Sequence record: OP310983.1
DNA length: 64,000 nt
Direction: 5' to 3' (one strand)
Below the pieces are notes generated by a model. It was not told where the DNA came from. It saw only the letters and a program-made list of their open reading frames with translations, and made no database searches. Of this stretch, positions 11,201 through 28,696 are shown in pieces (positions within the stretch are counted from its first letter, which is position 1; every line of letters starts with the position of its first letter). The translations under genes were made by a program, and so were the position numbers.

Positions 11201-12548
11201 GATACATAATCGAATCTTCTTGAGCTTGCTCGAATGTATTCGCAGAAATCATATTCACGCGATACATGTCGTATGCTTTAGCTCTAATGGCATCGATTAG
11301 TTTATCTTCTTCATCAACTTCAGTATTGATGAATAACTCATCTTCTGGTACATCTGTTACAATGAGTTCCTTCTCTTCTTTAATTTGGCGAGAAGGTGAA
11401 GATTCCAGTGGATCTTTTTCAATGATAAGCTTTGTTACCTCAAGATCACTTTCTGGTGGTGGGGTATATGTTACCTCAATTGCGCCAATATCAATTAAGT
11501 TAGTTAAATTGGTTGGGTCAAATTGAACATCATCAATAACATCAACTTCAGTTACTTCTTCTTCAACGTTATTAGACTCAACATCCTCAACCTCTTCTGC
11601 TTCACCTTCTTCATAACTAACCGGAGTTTCTTCATCAACAATAATATCTTCATTAAAGATAGGCGTATCTTCTTTAATTAATGAAGTATTACCTTGGTTA
11701 TATTCAACCATCGCTGATACTAGTGAAATAAGGCGCCTAGCTATTTGCTGGGTATCATAACCTTTATCATCTTTAATTTCTGGATCACGACGCCATTGAT
11801 CAAGCATCCCTAAGTTAATAACAAAGAATGAACTTTGTACACGGAATAAAAGATTAATGTTACCGTAATACTTAGCATCGATGACATTCATGAAAGAACT
11901 TTCACGATCATCAGAAACCCAGCGAACTAAATCAAATATATTTAGAATATCAGGTGTATTGAATTGATTAGCTAGATCTTGAGTTAAACCCCCTCGTAGT
12001 TTATTAAAAGAAGAAGGAGGTGGAACTAACTCAGGTAAGTGTACATCAATGAACTGGTTCCAACCAGGAAAACGTTCACATGCAGCCGCTACGCCACTCC
12101 AGAATGTACGCATGTCATTTGACCAACGGAACCATGTAGCTTTATAAGAAGCCATATAATTCCATTGAGGGTTAATTAAATTATAATTCATTACCAGAAT
12201 GTTCTGGTTTGATAATTTAAAACCGGTATCACTGCGTAAAGGTTTAAAGAAACGGTTCTGGCGGCGAAACTCTTGAATCATTGTTGCTGGGATATTTGAA
12301 GTCCTACGTGGATTACCTTCAAATGTAAGCATATCAGTAACATGCTCAATATATACTTTACCTTGATGTTTGGAGAATAATGGGTCTGTTTGACTAGGAC
12401 CCATTACTGCATTATTACCATCGAAGAACTGATAAATGGATTCGAAAGGTAGATCAAGTTTATTTAGAGCATGCAACTTAGGTGACTGAAGTTTAGCATA
12501 TTCGCGTACACTATAATTTTTCAGAAACTGTGTAATATTTAAGCGCAT
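8193..12548 (-). CDS. rpoB: Virion RNA polymerase beta-like subunit (phiKZ gp178-like)
   Basis: 1451 aa; beta motifs DSGDVG, ISIQQQQ, LEDGSVISE, GDKGVVANQMKTV. Confidence 0.92.
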   Translation of the reverse strand: MRLNITQFLKNYSVREYAKLQSPKLHALNKLDLPFESIYQFFDGNNAVMGPSQTDPLFSKHQGKVYIEHVTDMLTFEGNPRRTSNIPATMIQEFRRQNRFFKPLRSDTGFKLSNQNILVMNYNLINPQWNYMASYKATWFRWSNDMRTFWSGVAAACERFPGWNQFIDVHLPELVPPPSSFNKLRGGLTQDLANQFNTPDILNIFDLVRWVSDDRESSFMNVIDAKYYGNINLLFRVQSSFFVINLGMLDQWRRDPEIKDDKGYDTQQIARRLISLVSAMVEYNQGNTSLIKEDTPIFNEDIIVDEETPVSYEEGEAEEVEDVESNNVEEEVTEVDVIDDVQFDPTNLTNLIDIGAIEVTYTPPPESDLEVTKLIIEKDPLESSPSRQIKEEKELIVTDVPEDELFINTEVDEEDKLIDAIRAKAYDMYRVNMISANTFEQAQEDSIMYRRLPDPFTDPNDESVEPMTIAEAMEYHPDDLKIPEDTTFEDKPTIVDKSMLGSKLKAIQRKYNKVLLKKDILNSVLSVQKQGVSVTNYKIETVRDSGNHYQIHKVTLKPIRGRSSQVMFRIPVIDNDGRFMSNGVTYRQRLQRADIPIRKVNPRKVALTSYYNKTFVTRSERAENNFDNWLIRAITNRALDGSDMSVHSVTYAELDQSNYVLPRVYTTLGTAFKGFHNHRNVFYFNFKDRNEFFAKQGLHIEDYETDDLIMVGFNGTDAILLDKNSIFYMKTGNELEPIGTITDILGLDLTKAPLEAILMSIGGKELPLGFILAYHHGLNNLLKKLNVNYQRHQRGTRIVVNSTDYTLAFADEILVFDRADYKAMLVLSGLKRYHKSLRRYSVYDFNKRDVYFRVLEEAGLSNRFTRDIDTLFSAWVDPITEGLLKEMGEPTTFEGLLYRSVELLTNDWSPAEVDGAYMRYRGYERMAGAIFNELNRAVRVFNMRNGGSVQTVELDPHVIWRKIVQDPTVATIEDSNPIANIREQEAMTYRGDGGRGPTSMVARTRIYGEADVGVVSESTVDSGDVGVIAYLVPDANFVNMRGVTRMFDPKTDGPARLLSTSALLGVATEHDDPKRINFISIQQQQGIYADGYTVTPVRTGYEQIIAQRTSSIFAVAAEQDGEVVAIDEYGIQVKYADGNVFGYQLGTVHGTAAGVNYPHILVTSLKKGDKFKRGDTITYNKRYFSEDRYTPGQVLWKAGCMAVVAFDDNLDTLEDGSVISEDLAKRLNTQTTAIKNIDVRFDQTIRDMVKVGDHVDLNSILCIIEDPETAAHSLYDEASIETLRKLSAYSPRAKLVGTVSKIECFYHGEIDDMTPSLQALANTSDKQRAERAKSLKEPTFTGQVDANYRVKGRALEYDHMIIRVYIDHDIPCGVGDKGVVANQMKTVFSRVMTGRNETEDGRNIDLLFGNTSVEERMVLSPKIIATTTGILWAAGKHLVAVYRGNTNAKAK

Positions 12549-12550
12549 GA

Positions 12551-12736
12551 TTAATCCCTTTGTTTGGGTTCCCCAGTCATGTACCGAAGAGTTAAATTGA
12601 GTGTATGGACACCAACACTAAATGCCAGTCGACCATCGGCATGTATATATGCAATACGTTTCTTAAAGAAAGCATCTGTTTCAGCGATAGCTTCCTCTGA
12701 ATAAACTGCGTTAAATGATACAGTGTCCCCGTCGAA
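12551..12736 (-). CDS. rpoC: Virion RNAP beta-prime subunit, exon 2
   Basis: Starts TTC GAC GGG GAC (FDGD) right after the intron terminal G; 61 aa to stop. Confidence 0.9.
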   Translation of the reverse strand, partial: FDGDTVSFNAVYSEEAIAETDAFFKKRIAYIHADGRLAFSVGVHTLNLTLRYMTGEPKQRD

Positions 12737-14179
12737 CGTTATGTTCAATAGAGTGCGTTAAACTCTATTCGCACCATTACGTGCAGCTCTAGCTCTCACT
12801 AGAAGACCAGACTATATCTTCACCTACAGCATCATCTGTTTAGGTGCTCTCCATTTCGGATCACTTGATCCTACGGGGCGCAACCCCCTAGTCGTTGAAC
12901 GTTCCACATATTACAGTTAAGTAATTTAGCGGCTTCGCTGCTGATTGTCTCTACCTAATCATTTTCAAACATTCGCACTTACTGTTTCCAGTTATGCTGT
13001 AGTTGATTAGTCTAACGAGAGTTTCCAGCAATTAGAAGAGTAAAACATATTCATTTCGGAATATGTGGACTTATGTACTTTACTGCATAATTTCTAAAAA
13101 TACAACCATGTTCAGATTTCCTTAGATGATAACCTAAGCAACCTGGTGTGACATTGAAAAACTCGGCGGCTTCCTTCAGTGAGTTTTTTATTAATACAGC
13201 TTCAGATTCTAATGATTCAATATGAATTCTGCGATGAGTTTCCACATACACGAGATTATCATTATTCCATGGTGTATCATCATCTTCGTATTTAAACTGT
13301 AATGATTGATTGTAAACAAGATTACTATTTTTAGTTAAACGTAATCTTAAAGTTTCACCATCTATACCAATTTCTCGGGCGCATTGTTCTATGCTGTAAT
13401 AACGAGTTATATTGGTAGTTATAAGGTCTCTGACCAAAACTGCTTTGGAATTATGAAGTCCATTGATGTGCGCATGCTCGCAATTTCTTTTACGGGTAGC
13501 CCATTCAAGGTTTGTTAAATCATTACAATCTTTAATTGCATTTAAATGATTCACATCAAGTGAATCAACATTACCTGGATATTTTAAGAAAGCTAGACTA
13601 AGAAGACGGTGCATTCCTACAATTGTACGTTTACCTACATCCGGCTGAACACCATACATCAGATAACCATCTTCATTCATGTATGGTGAGAGATGATTAC
13701 TGTTAACAGTGCTAAGTACTTGTCCAGCGCGATTAATCATGTATCTACTATATCCGGGAATATAGCAGTATTCTTTTATTAATGGATGAGTAAGTTCACC
13801 TTCAGGACACGCCCAAATAAAATTGGTTAGGCGATGATTACTTTTATTACCGTCTTTGTAAATAACGCGTAGTTTATGTAGTAACCGCATTGGTAATATG
13901 CAGTTTCTATACGTAACACCTAATACAACAGATAGTGACAAACCGTCAAACCATTCACCTGTTGTATGTTCAGGAAAAAGATGTTCGCCTTCATCACTAA
14001 CCATTGTGGTCAGTACGCGTTTACTTATACTTTCTCTAGCGATACCACTACAGCTGATTTCATACATGCCACCAGTATGTGGTATCTTTTTAAATCCTGG
14101 ATTTTCAATGAATTTTTTTAACATGGTTGTTATCCTATTTATTTCCTATAGGATAACTAGATATACAGTATTACAATTA
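12737..14179 (-). mobile_element. Group I intron (1443 nt) with HNH endonuclease in the RNAP beta-prime gene
   Basis: 5' exon ends in U (GAT), intron ends in G; core elements AATTGCTGGAAA (P), AATCAGCAG (Q), TTCAACGACTA (R), AAGATATAGTCT (S) at about 12800-13035; splicing restores GADFDGD. Confidence 0.93.
13051..14124 (-). CDS. Intron-encoded HNH homing endonuclease (gp179-like)
   Basis: NUMOD4-like segments, HRL...DVNHLNAIKDCNDLTNLEW...N HNH motif, C-terminal NUMOD1/IENR1-like HTH repeats. Confidence 0.9.
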   Translation of the reverse strand: MLKKFIENPGFKKIPHTGGMYEISCSGIARESISKRVLTTMVSDEGEHLFPEHTTGEWFDGLSLSVVLGVTYRNCILPMRLLHKLRVIYKDGNKSNHRLTNFIWACPEGELTHPLIKEYCYIPGYSRYMINRAGQVLSTVNSNHLSPYMNEDGYLMYGVQPDVGKRTIVGMHRLLSLAFLKYPGNVDSLDVNHLNAIKDCNDLTNLEWATRKRNCEHAHINGLHNSKAVLVRDLITTNITRYYSIEQCAREIGIDGETLRLRLTKNSNLVYNQSLQFKYEDDDTPWNNDNLVYVETHRRIHIESLESEAVLIKNSLKEAAEFFNVTPGCLGYHLRKSEHGCIFRNYAVKYISPHIPK

Positions 14180-15646
14180 ATCCGCCCCCAATGGCGCGAG
14201 AATAGAAGGAGAGATGGATACTGAGTCATGCCACTGGGCTGGTTTATTTAATTCAAACACAGGGAATTCTAAGGCTGGTTCCAACGTATCATCACGTTCC
14301 CATTGATCATTTAACGGATAACGTAATTCACCCACTACGGTTGTTTTAACATACATCTTACAGGGGATAGAGCTATTGTAGTTTTCTACAGGATATCGTG
14401 TAACAAACGCTGAGTTTGTTCGCCACATACTTAATCCACTAAGGTAAACTAATTCGGCATAAGTAATAGGTCTAACAAATTTCTTATTTAGATTAGTAGG
14501 TAACTCATCGATGTTGCGGAATATTTTAAAATTCTGTTTATCATCAACGTAAATAAGGGCTAGATAATGATCAGCAATTTCAATTGCACGTGAACGTTTT
14601 TCAATGACATCTAACTCATTGATGATTTGTTCTTGCCCTTCAGGAGTTCCCCATAAATCCATATCTTCGTTAGAGATATCGACCCATTCTAAACGTAGTG
14701 TTTTCTTATTGATGAGCTGTACAGTGTTAGTAACTGTATCAAACACTTCACCAACTACACCTTGCCTTAGTGCAAAGATTGTACGCGGTGCAACTGAACG
14801 AGCTGCTTGATGTAAGCCAACTACGGCATCTTTGAATGTTGGTCGATTAGGTGAATCAAGATCAGCAGCATTAGTATCTAGCGAACTAATGACGTTACGT
14901 GTACCATTGGCAATACGACGGGATGCCCATTTAGATTGAATGTATCCACGTTTACCGGATAGCAGTCGTTCATAATGTTCATAAATAGCTAATACGGTGT
15001 TTTGCATTGCTACTCGTTTGCGATCATAGATACTCAAGTCATCATTTGGTCCAAAGCTATCAGGTACACCAAACGACTGATTTAATAGATATCTATAATG
15101 TTCATTGACCTCATCCATCTCAACACGATTATTCTCATCAATCTCTGCATCACGATAAGCAGCAGGTGTTACAATCATGTCTTTAAAAATACAGTTATCT
15201 TTATATTTTTCGATTAATTGTAACCTTGATAGCCGAACCCCTGACTTAGTGGTCCCAAAGTCAATTCGTTTCCAGTTATCAAAAAAGAATGTATAACCAG
15301 TTTTACCAGTTAGTTCATCGGCGCGGATAAAATCTTTAATAGATTCGTCAAATACTGCAAATGCCTTACCAAGAATAATTTCTTCATAGAAAGCTTTTAA
15401 TTTAATTAAGTTTCGATATACAGCTGGATGGATAAGTTCTAAACCTAAATGAATATATCCAAATAAACTCTCACGATCAGTTGATCCAACTCTTCCAAAA
15501 ATGGAAACAGAGAACAAACCATCTTCATGAAAGTTACCACCTAAACCTTCAAATATCTCATGACTCTTTACTTGACCTAAGAACTTTAATTGTTCTTTAG
15601 TAGGAATAAGTAAAGAAATATTAAAAGGAACTAATGCCTTCTTCAT
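14180..15646 (-). CDS. rpoC: Virion RNAP beta-prime subunit, exon 1 (phiKZ gp180-like)
   Basis: 489 codons; GLFSVSIFG, LLSGKRGYIQ, RNVISS, VTRYP; ends LGAD; spliced product 550 aa. Confidence 0.92.
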
Positions 15647-15721
15647 TTTCTATTTTCCTATTTTGGTAATACTAAGTTAAACAACGATATGATACTTTAC
15701 TAATCGTCAATGGAGTTTAAT

Positions 15722-24482
<8,761 letters not shown>

Positions 24483-24540
24483 ATACTTGGAATAGTTATT
24501 TATTGTAACCATTCTTAAACCAATGTAATAGGTAATTAAC

Positions 24541-24846
24541 ATGTCTCTACTTAAAAAGATCGGTCTAGCTCTAATTGGATCAGAAGGACGTAAGGAAGTT
24601 TTTGAACAAGAGTTAACTAAACTATCAAATACTAATGCAGTTATTGATCAAATGGTGATTAATGTACTGGGTAGTAAGAAGAAGTTAAATGACTTCCTAA
24701 TTGAAGCTGAAGAAATTGATAATAAGAAACTAGGCTTCATTAAAAATCGAGCCGAACTTATTAAACTAGTCAAATCTAAATATTCACAAGACCCTCGGGT
24801 TGCCGATGTTGTAGTGTCACTTTACATTGGTGGTTTCATTTATTGA
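24541..24846 (+). CDS. Hypothetical protein
   Basis: 101 aa, AGGT SD. Confidence 0.75.
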   Translation: MSLLKKIGLALIGSEGRKEVFEQELTKLSNTNAVIDQMVINVLGSKKKLNDFLIEAEEIDNKKLGFIKNRAELIKLVKSKYSQDPRVADVVVSLYIGGFIY

Positions 24847-24853
24847 GGTAAGT

Positions 24854-25546
24854 ATGTCTAAACCTAATCTTGAGTGGTTAGCTTCCTTAGAAAGTAAAGA
24901 AGCTAAAAGTACAGTAGATGCTTCTGATATGGATAATGACCAAAAGGAAGGTAGTGATAAATCACAACATGACGAAGCTTCTGAAACTGAGAAGAATATA
25001 ACTGCAACTGATATACAAATTGCAATTGAAGAATATGCGCGTATCCGTGCATTAACCACTACTAAAGATCTTCCAGCTGACCCTGAACCAGGCGATACTT
25101 ATCATGTAAATGGGGTAGATTGGATTTATCAAGAAGATGGTGGATGGGTAACTATGCAAGGTATTTATGGCCATGAACATTTTGATGAAAATGGTCTAAA
25201 TATTGAAGCAAGTGGCATTGACCAGAAATCAGGTGCAACTAAACGTTATGTGGTAACTGGTTATAATGCTCAGACTAACCCAGCTGCTATGCCTGGTGAT
25301 AACCTGACTGAATGCGTTATCCTAATGCAGAATGGACTTGTTCCAGAAGTTGGTGTAAATGGCCTAACTGCTGACTGTCTAATTAAAATCGTTAAAGATT
25401 TATTTGAAGGTTACCAAGCAGGCCCATTTGCATGTGAAGAGAATCAGGTAGTGATTAATTCAATGGACCGTGCTCTTAGTGCAATTCATCAACGCTTCGT
25501 ACGACGTAAAGAACAGGGTACTGAAGGTACTTATAGTGGTAATTAA
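24854..25546 (+). CDS. tad1: Tad1-family anti-defence signal sponge with N-terminal extension
   Basis: GAGGT SD, ATG 24854; C-terminal about 125 aa has G.K.Y, MQNG...GVNG, IVKD...YQAGPFACEEN...AL...R..R...GTEGT, the Tad1 pattern as I recall it. Confidence 0.8.
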   Translation: MSKPNLEWLASLESKEAKSTVDASDMDNDQKEGSDKSQHDEASETEKNITATDIQIAIEEYARIRALTTTKDLPADPEPGDTYHVNGVDWIYQEDGGWVTMQGIYGHEHFDENGLNIEASGIDQKSGATKRYVVTGYNAQTNPAAMPGDNLTECVILMQNGLVPEVGVNGLTADCLIKIVKDLFEGYQAGPFACEENQVVINSMDRALSAIHQRFVRRKEQGTEGTYSGN

Positions 25547-25552
25547 CATATT

Positions 25553-25570
25553 GCCTCCCTTCGGGGAGGC
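25553..25570 (+). terminator. Hairpin terminator
   Basis: GCCTCCC-TTCG-GGGAGGC TTT. Confidence 0.85.
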
Positions 25571-25584
25571 TTTATATCGTAATG

Positions 25585-25608
25585 AAAAAAATTTGAGATT
25601 TATATTAC
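25585..25608 (+). promoter_or_regulatory. phiKZ-type early promoter
   Basis: AAAAAAATTTGAGATT-TATATTAC (25601-25608). Confidence 0.75.
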
Positions 25609-25653
25609 TAATACGCAATTAGGAAAATAACTATCTAGTAAAGAGGAATCATA

Positions 25654-26148
25654 ATGAACGTTGTAATCTTCACTGCCCGACCTATTGGTTATAAAGTTCC
25701 TGGTCCTAACTCCGCTGTAAATAAGTTTGAACTACATACAGCTAATGCACCTAGTGTATATAGTTCTTCACCAGGATTACCAATTACCACTCAAGAAAGT
25801 AGTTGTATCTATACACTCACTTCGAATCATGAGCTAGTCGCTGGCATCACCGATAATGATAACTCCCTCATGGTTTTTAGACTAGTACTTGCGTATAATA
25901 ATGATACAGCTAACTATCTAATTAGTACCCAGGTTATTGATAGTAGCGCTGAACTAAAAGGAGTGGAAATCATTAGTGAACTCAGTTTCAGTGTAATTGA
26001 TACTGGTGCTCATGCGATTCGTCGAGTGAATTCGATCGGTGTATGTGAGGCTGTTGCCGCTCGATGGTCGCCAGTTGCAATTGTAGCTGATACTAGTGGT
26101 GAAGACTTTGGCGATGTATGTACCTCATATATCAAATCGAGTAACTAG
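25654..26148 (+). CDS. Early hypothetical protein
   Basis: 164 aa, GAGG SD, first gene after the early promoter. Confidence 0.75.
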   Translation: MNVVIFTARPIGYKVPGPNSAVNKFELHTANAPSVYSSSPGLPITTQESSCIYTLTSNHELVAGITDNDNSLMVFRLVLAYNNDTANYLISTQVIDSSAELKGVEIISELSFSVIDTGAHAIRRVNSIGVCEAVAARWSPVAIVADTSGEDFGDVCTSYIKSSN

Positions 26149-26149
26149 C

Positions 26150-26392
26150 ATGGTAGATAAAGACAAAACAATGGTAGATTTGGTTAAGTCAGCACATGAG
26201 CTGATTTCACATCTTGACACACTAAATAAAGTAGCAGCTACCATTAATCTAATTGGTATGCCAGATGCTTTAAAAGAAGTAGTTAAACTCCCCGATGTAA
26301 AATGTGTTGTATATAAACGACCATTAACTGACAATCTAATTAAGATTGTCTTTAATGATGGTAGTTGCTTTGTAATGAAAGATGTAAATTAA
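26150..26392 (+). CDS. Hypothetical protein
   Basis: ATG 26150 directly after the upstream TAG. Confidence 0.65.
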   Translation: MVDKDKTMVDLVKSAHELISHLDTLNKVAATINLIGMPDALKEVVKLPDVKCVVYKRPLTDNLIKIVFNDGSCFVMKDVN

Positions 26393-26422
26393 ACCACCAC
26401 CCTAAATAGAGAGAGTACTAAA

Positions 26423-26827
26423 ATGTCCATCGAAACCACCAAGAAGTTTATCGAAACTCACAACCTAAATGAAAAAGTAAGCATGTCCGATGCCGGGGTA
26501 TTCGAAATCCCGGATGGTCTATTTGAAGAAGTTGTTCTACAACCGGCAGGCGTGACCGCCGAGCAGTATGCTCAGGTACATGAAGGTGCAGGGCAACTGG
26601 CAGCAGCTGTAAGTTATGTATTTGCTGAAAAAGCTGCACCGTACATGAAAGAAAATGAAAACATTGCTGAACTGGGTTATTCCTATAATGCAGGTGGTGC
26701 AACTGTTTCTGGTATTATCGATCGTAAAGGCGAGCTTGTTACGGTGGTAGATACCAAATATAAGAGCAGCGCTATGAATGATGTTGTTGAAAGTGTAGCC
26801 AGCTTCTTTGAAGATGTCAATAGCTAA
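26423..26827 (+). CDS. Acidic hypothetical protein
   Basis: 134 aa; visibly more GC-rich codon usage than neighbours. Confidence 0.8.
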   Translation: MSIETTKKFIETHNLNEKVSMSDAGVFEIPDGLFEEVVLQPAGVTAEQYAQVHEGAGQLAAAVSYVFAEKAAPYMKENENIAELGYSYNAGGATVSGIIDRKGELVTVVDTKYKSSAMNDVVESVASFFEDVNS

Positions 26828-26857
26828 TATATACTAGCTATGTCAATATAATAAGAT

Positions 26858-26878
26858 CAGTGGGTAATGTACCCACTG
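26858..26878 (+). terminator. Hairpin terminator
   Basis: CAGTGGGTA-ATG-TACCCACTG. Confidence 0.6.
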
Positions 26879-26944
26879 GTCATTTTATATTAAAAAGTTT
26901 AATGGTTAAATAATACATTTTAATAATTTAAGGAATTAGGTATC

Positions 26945-27277
26945 ATGGCGGATCAGAATTTATTTAAAGAAGTTTATGGTGATAATAAAAAATCACATTC
27001 TAACGATATCAAATCTAATCTAGTTATTGTAATTGTACAAACTGTTCGACAAAAAGCCATTTCTCAAAAAGTATTGATTGACGATGTTTTCACTAAACTA
27101 GGTATCTCTGATGAACTTAGTGAAAATATTAAAATGTGTAATTTACCAGCTCTAAGCATTGATGCATTAGTTGACGTTCTATATAGCTTAGGTTATAGGG
27201 CTTCATTAAAATTATCGCAACAAGATTTAAAAGATAACGTTGAAGCAGTAATTGAATTTAAGATGAAGGATCAGTAA
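26945..27277 (+). CDS. XRE/HTH_37-like DNA-binding protein
   Basis: LSIDALVDVLYSLGYRASL resembles the C-terminal helix-strand of HTH_37 proteins. Confidence 0.55.
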   Translation: MADQNLFKEVYGDNKKSHSNDIKSNLVIVIVQTVRQKAISQKVLIDDVFTKLGISDELSENIKMCNLPALSIDALVDVLYSLGYRASLKLSQQDLKDNVEAVIEFKMKDQ

Positions 27278-28338
27278 TGAATGGTTTATTTGTAAGTATT
27301 GAAGGGAATGAAGGTGTCGGTAAAACGACCGTTACAAAAATGGTTGTTGCGGAGCTTCTTAAACGTGGATATGATGTCGTAACACTACGTGAACCTGGCG
27401 GTACAAATACATCAGAAGAAATCCGACAAATGCTGATTTGGCCTAAACACAATGATGTTCGACCACCGGAATTTGATGTACTGATGCATAGTGCATATAG
27501 AGTGATGAATGTAGAGAATATCATCTTACCTGCTCTTAAAGAAGATAAGATTGTTATTACCGAGCGATTCATTGCATCGACATATGCTCTAAATGTGTAT
27601 CCTTTCGAAGAAACTAATCCATATCTATCAAAATTGTTTATGGATATCCTTCAAGGAACCTTACACTCTATCCCAGAGCCAGCTACCTTCTTCCTGACTG
27701 CACCTAAAGAGGTACGTGAAGAACGAATTAAGAGAAGTAATAGGCGTCTTGATTATTATGAATTTAAAGGATCTGATTACTTCGATAAGGTTGATAAAGG
27801 TTTTGAACGACTCATCAATCAACCTAGTTCTATTACGGTCGATGCTAATCGTGGTCTAGATGTCATTGTTAATGAAATTGTTGAATCGATTATCTTCTTG
27901 CGTGAAAAACAAAAGAATAAACAATCATCTTTTGATGAGCAGCTATCTGACACATCCTCAAGTAATAGTGAATATGATAGCAATAGTGAAAGTTCGGACA
28001 TCCCATGGAATGATGCACAGCAGGAAAATCCTGTAGAAGTATCTGACTGTGATTTACATTTTGATCTAGATACTGAAATCAGTAAGTATCTTGATGAAAA
28101 TATTATCCCTCAGTTATTCGAAGGTGATGAGCGTTTCCTTGCATCTGGTAAGGTTGTGGCACAGAAGTACTGCCAACGAGTTTACGATCAACTACCTGAT
28201 GGTGAGAAGCACAAGATGTTCTTAGGTTCAAATAAAGAACGACTAAATCAACAAATTCATAGTTTACTTTACTATGGACATCAATTAGATGCATTCATTG
28301 CGGAAAATGATCTAATTGGTAAAACACTCTGGAAATAA
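27277..28338 (+). CDS. tmk: Thymidylate kinase with C-terminal extension
   Basis: IEGNEGVGKTT P-loop, LREPGGT, ITERFIASTYA. Confidence 0.92.
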   Translation: MNGLFVSIEGNEGVGKTTVTKMVVAELLKRGYDVVTLREPGGTNTSEEIRQMLIWPKHNDVRPPEFDVLMHSAYRVMNVENIILPALKEDKIVITERFIASTYALNVYPFEETNPYLSKLFMDILQGTLHSIPEPATFFLTAPKEVREERIKRSNRRLDYYEFKGSDYFDKVDKGFERLINQPSSITVDANRGLDVIVNEIVESIIFLREKQKNKQSSFDEQLSDTSSSNSEYDSNSESSDIPWNDAQQENPVEVSDCDLHFDLDTEISKYLDENIIPQLFEGDERFLASGKVVAQKYCQRVYDQLPDGEKHKMFLGSNKERLNQQIHSLLYYGHQLDAFIAENDLIGKTLWK

Positions 28339-28375
28339 AATTAATTTATTACTTCGTAACTGGTGAAGAAATTAA

Positions 28376-28627
28376 ATGAGCACTACCCTGACTCTGAAAG
28401 AATCTAAATATATTCCTGCAACTGAGCTTGATAATCTAGAAGCTTATATTGGTCGCACTTTTTTAGTTGAGCGAAATGGCGTATCAACTGCACATAAGCT
28501 AATTAAACTATCTCGACGTGATGTTTATCTCGGTTATCCAGATGGTAGGGAAGATTCATTTACATTGTCTATTAATAAGTTTCGGAAGTTCTATAAGCTA
28601 GCTCCATCTAGTCGCGATAAAAAATAA
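28376..28627 (+). CDS. Hypothetical protein
   Basis: 83 aa in operon. Confidence 0.7.
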   Translation: MSTTLTLKESKYIPATELDNLEAYIGRTFLVERNGVSTAHKLIKLSRRDVYLGYPDGREDSFTLSINKFRKFYKLAPSSRDKK

Positions 28628-28640
28628 AACACGATATAAT

Positions 28641-28663
28641 AGAGTCCCCATTACGGGGACTCT
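28641..28663 (+). terminator. Hairpin terminator
   Basis: AGAGTCCCC-ATTAC-GGGGACTCT. Confidence 0.8.
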
Positions 28664-28696
28664 TCTTTATAATTTTTTTGTTAAAAGGTATATCAA

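Noticed and set aside
8193-12548. Intein in the RNAP beta subunit
   Set aside because: No C/S start, His-Asn end or LAGLIDADG blocks seen; the extra length is an acidic linker
12551-12748. 65-aa stand-alone ORF (MNITFDGD...)
   Set aside because: MNIT lies in the intron 3' end; the rest is exon 2 of the RNAP beta-prime gene
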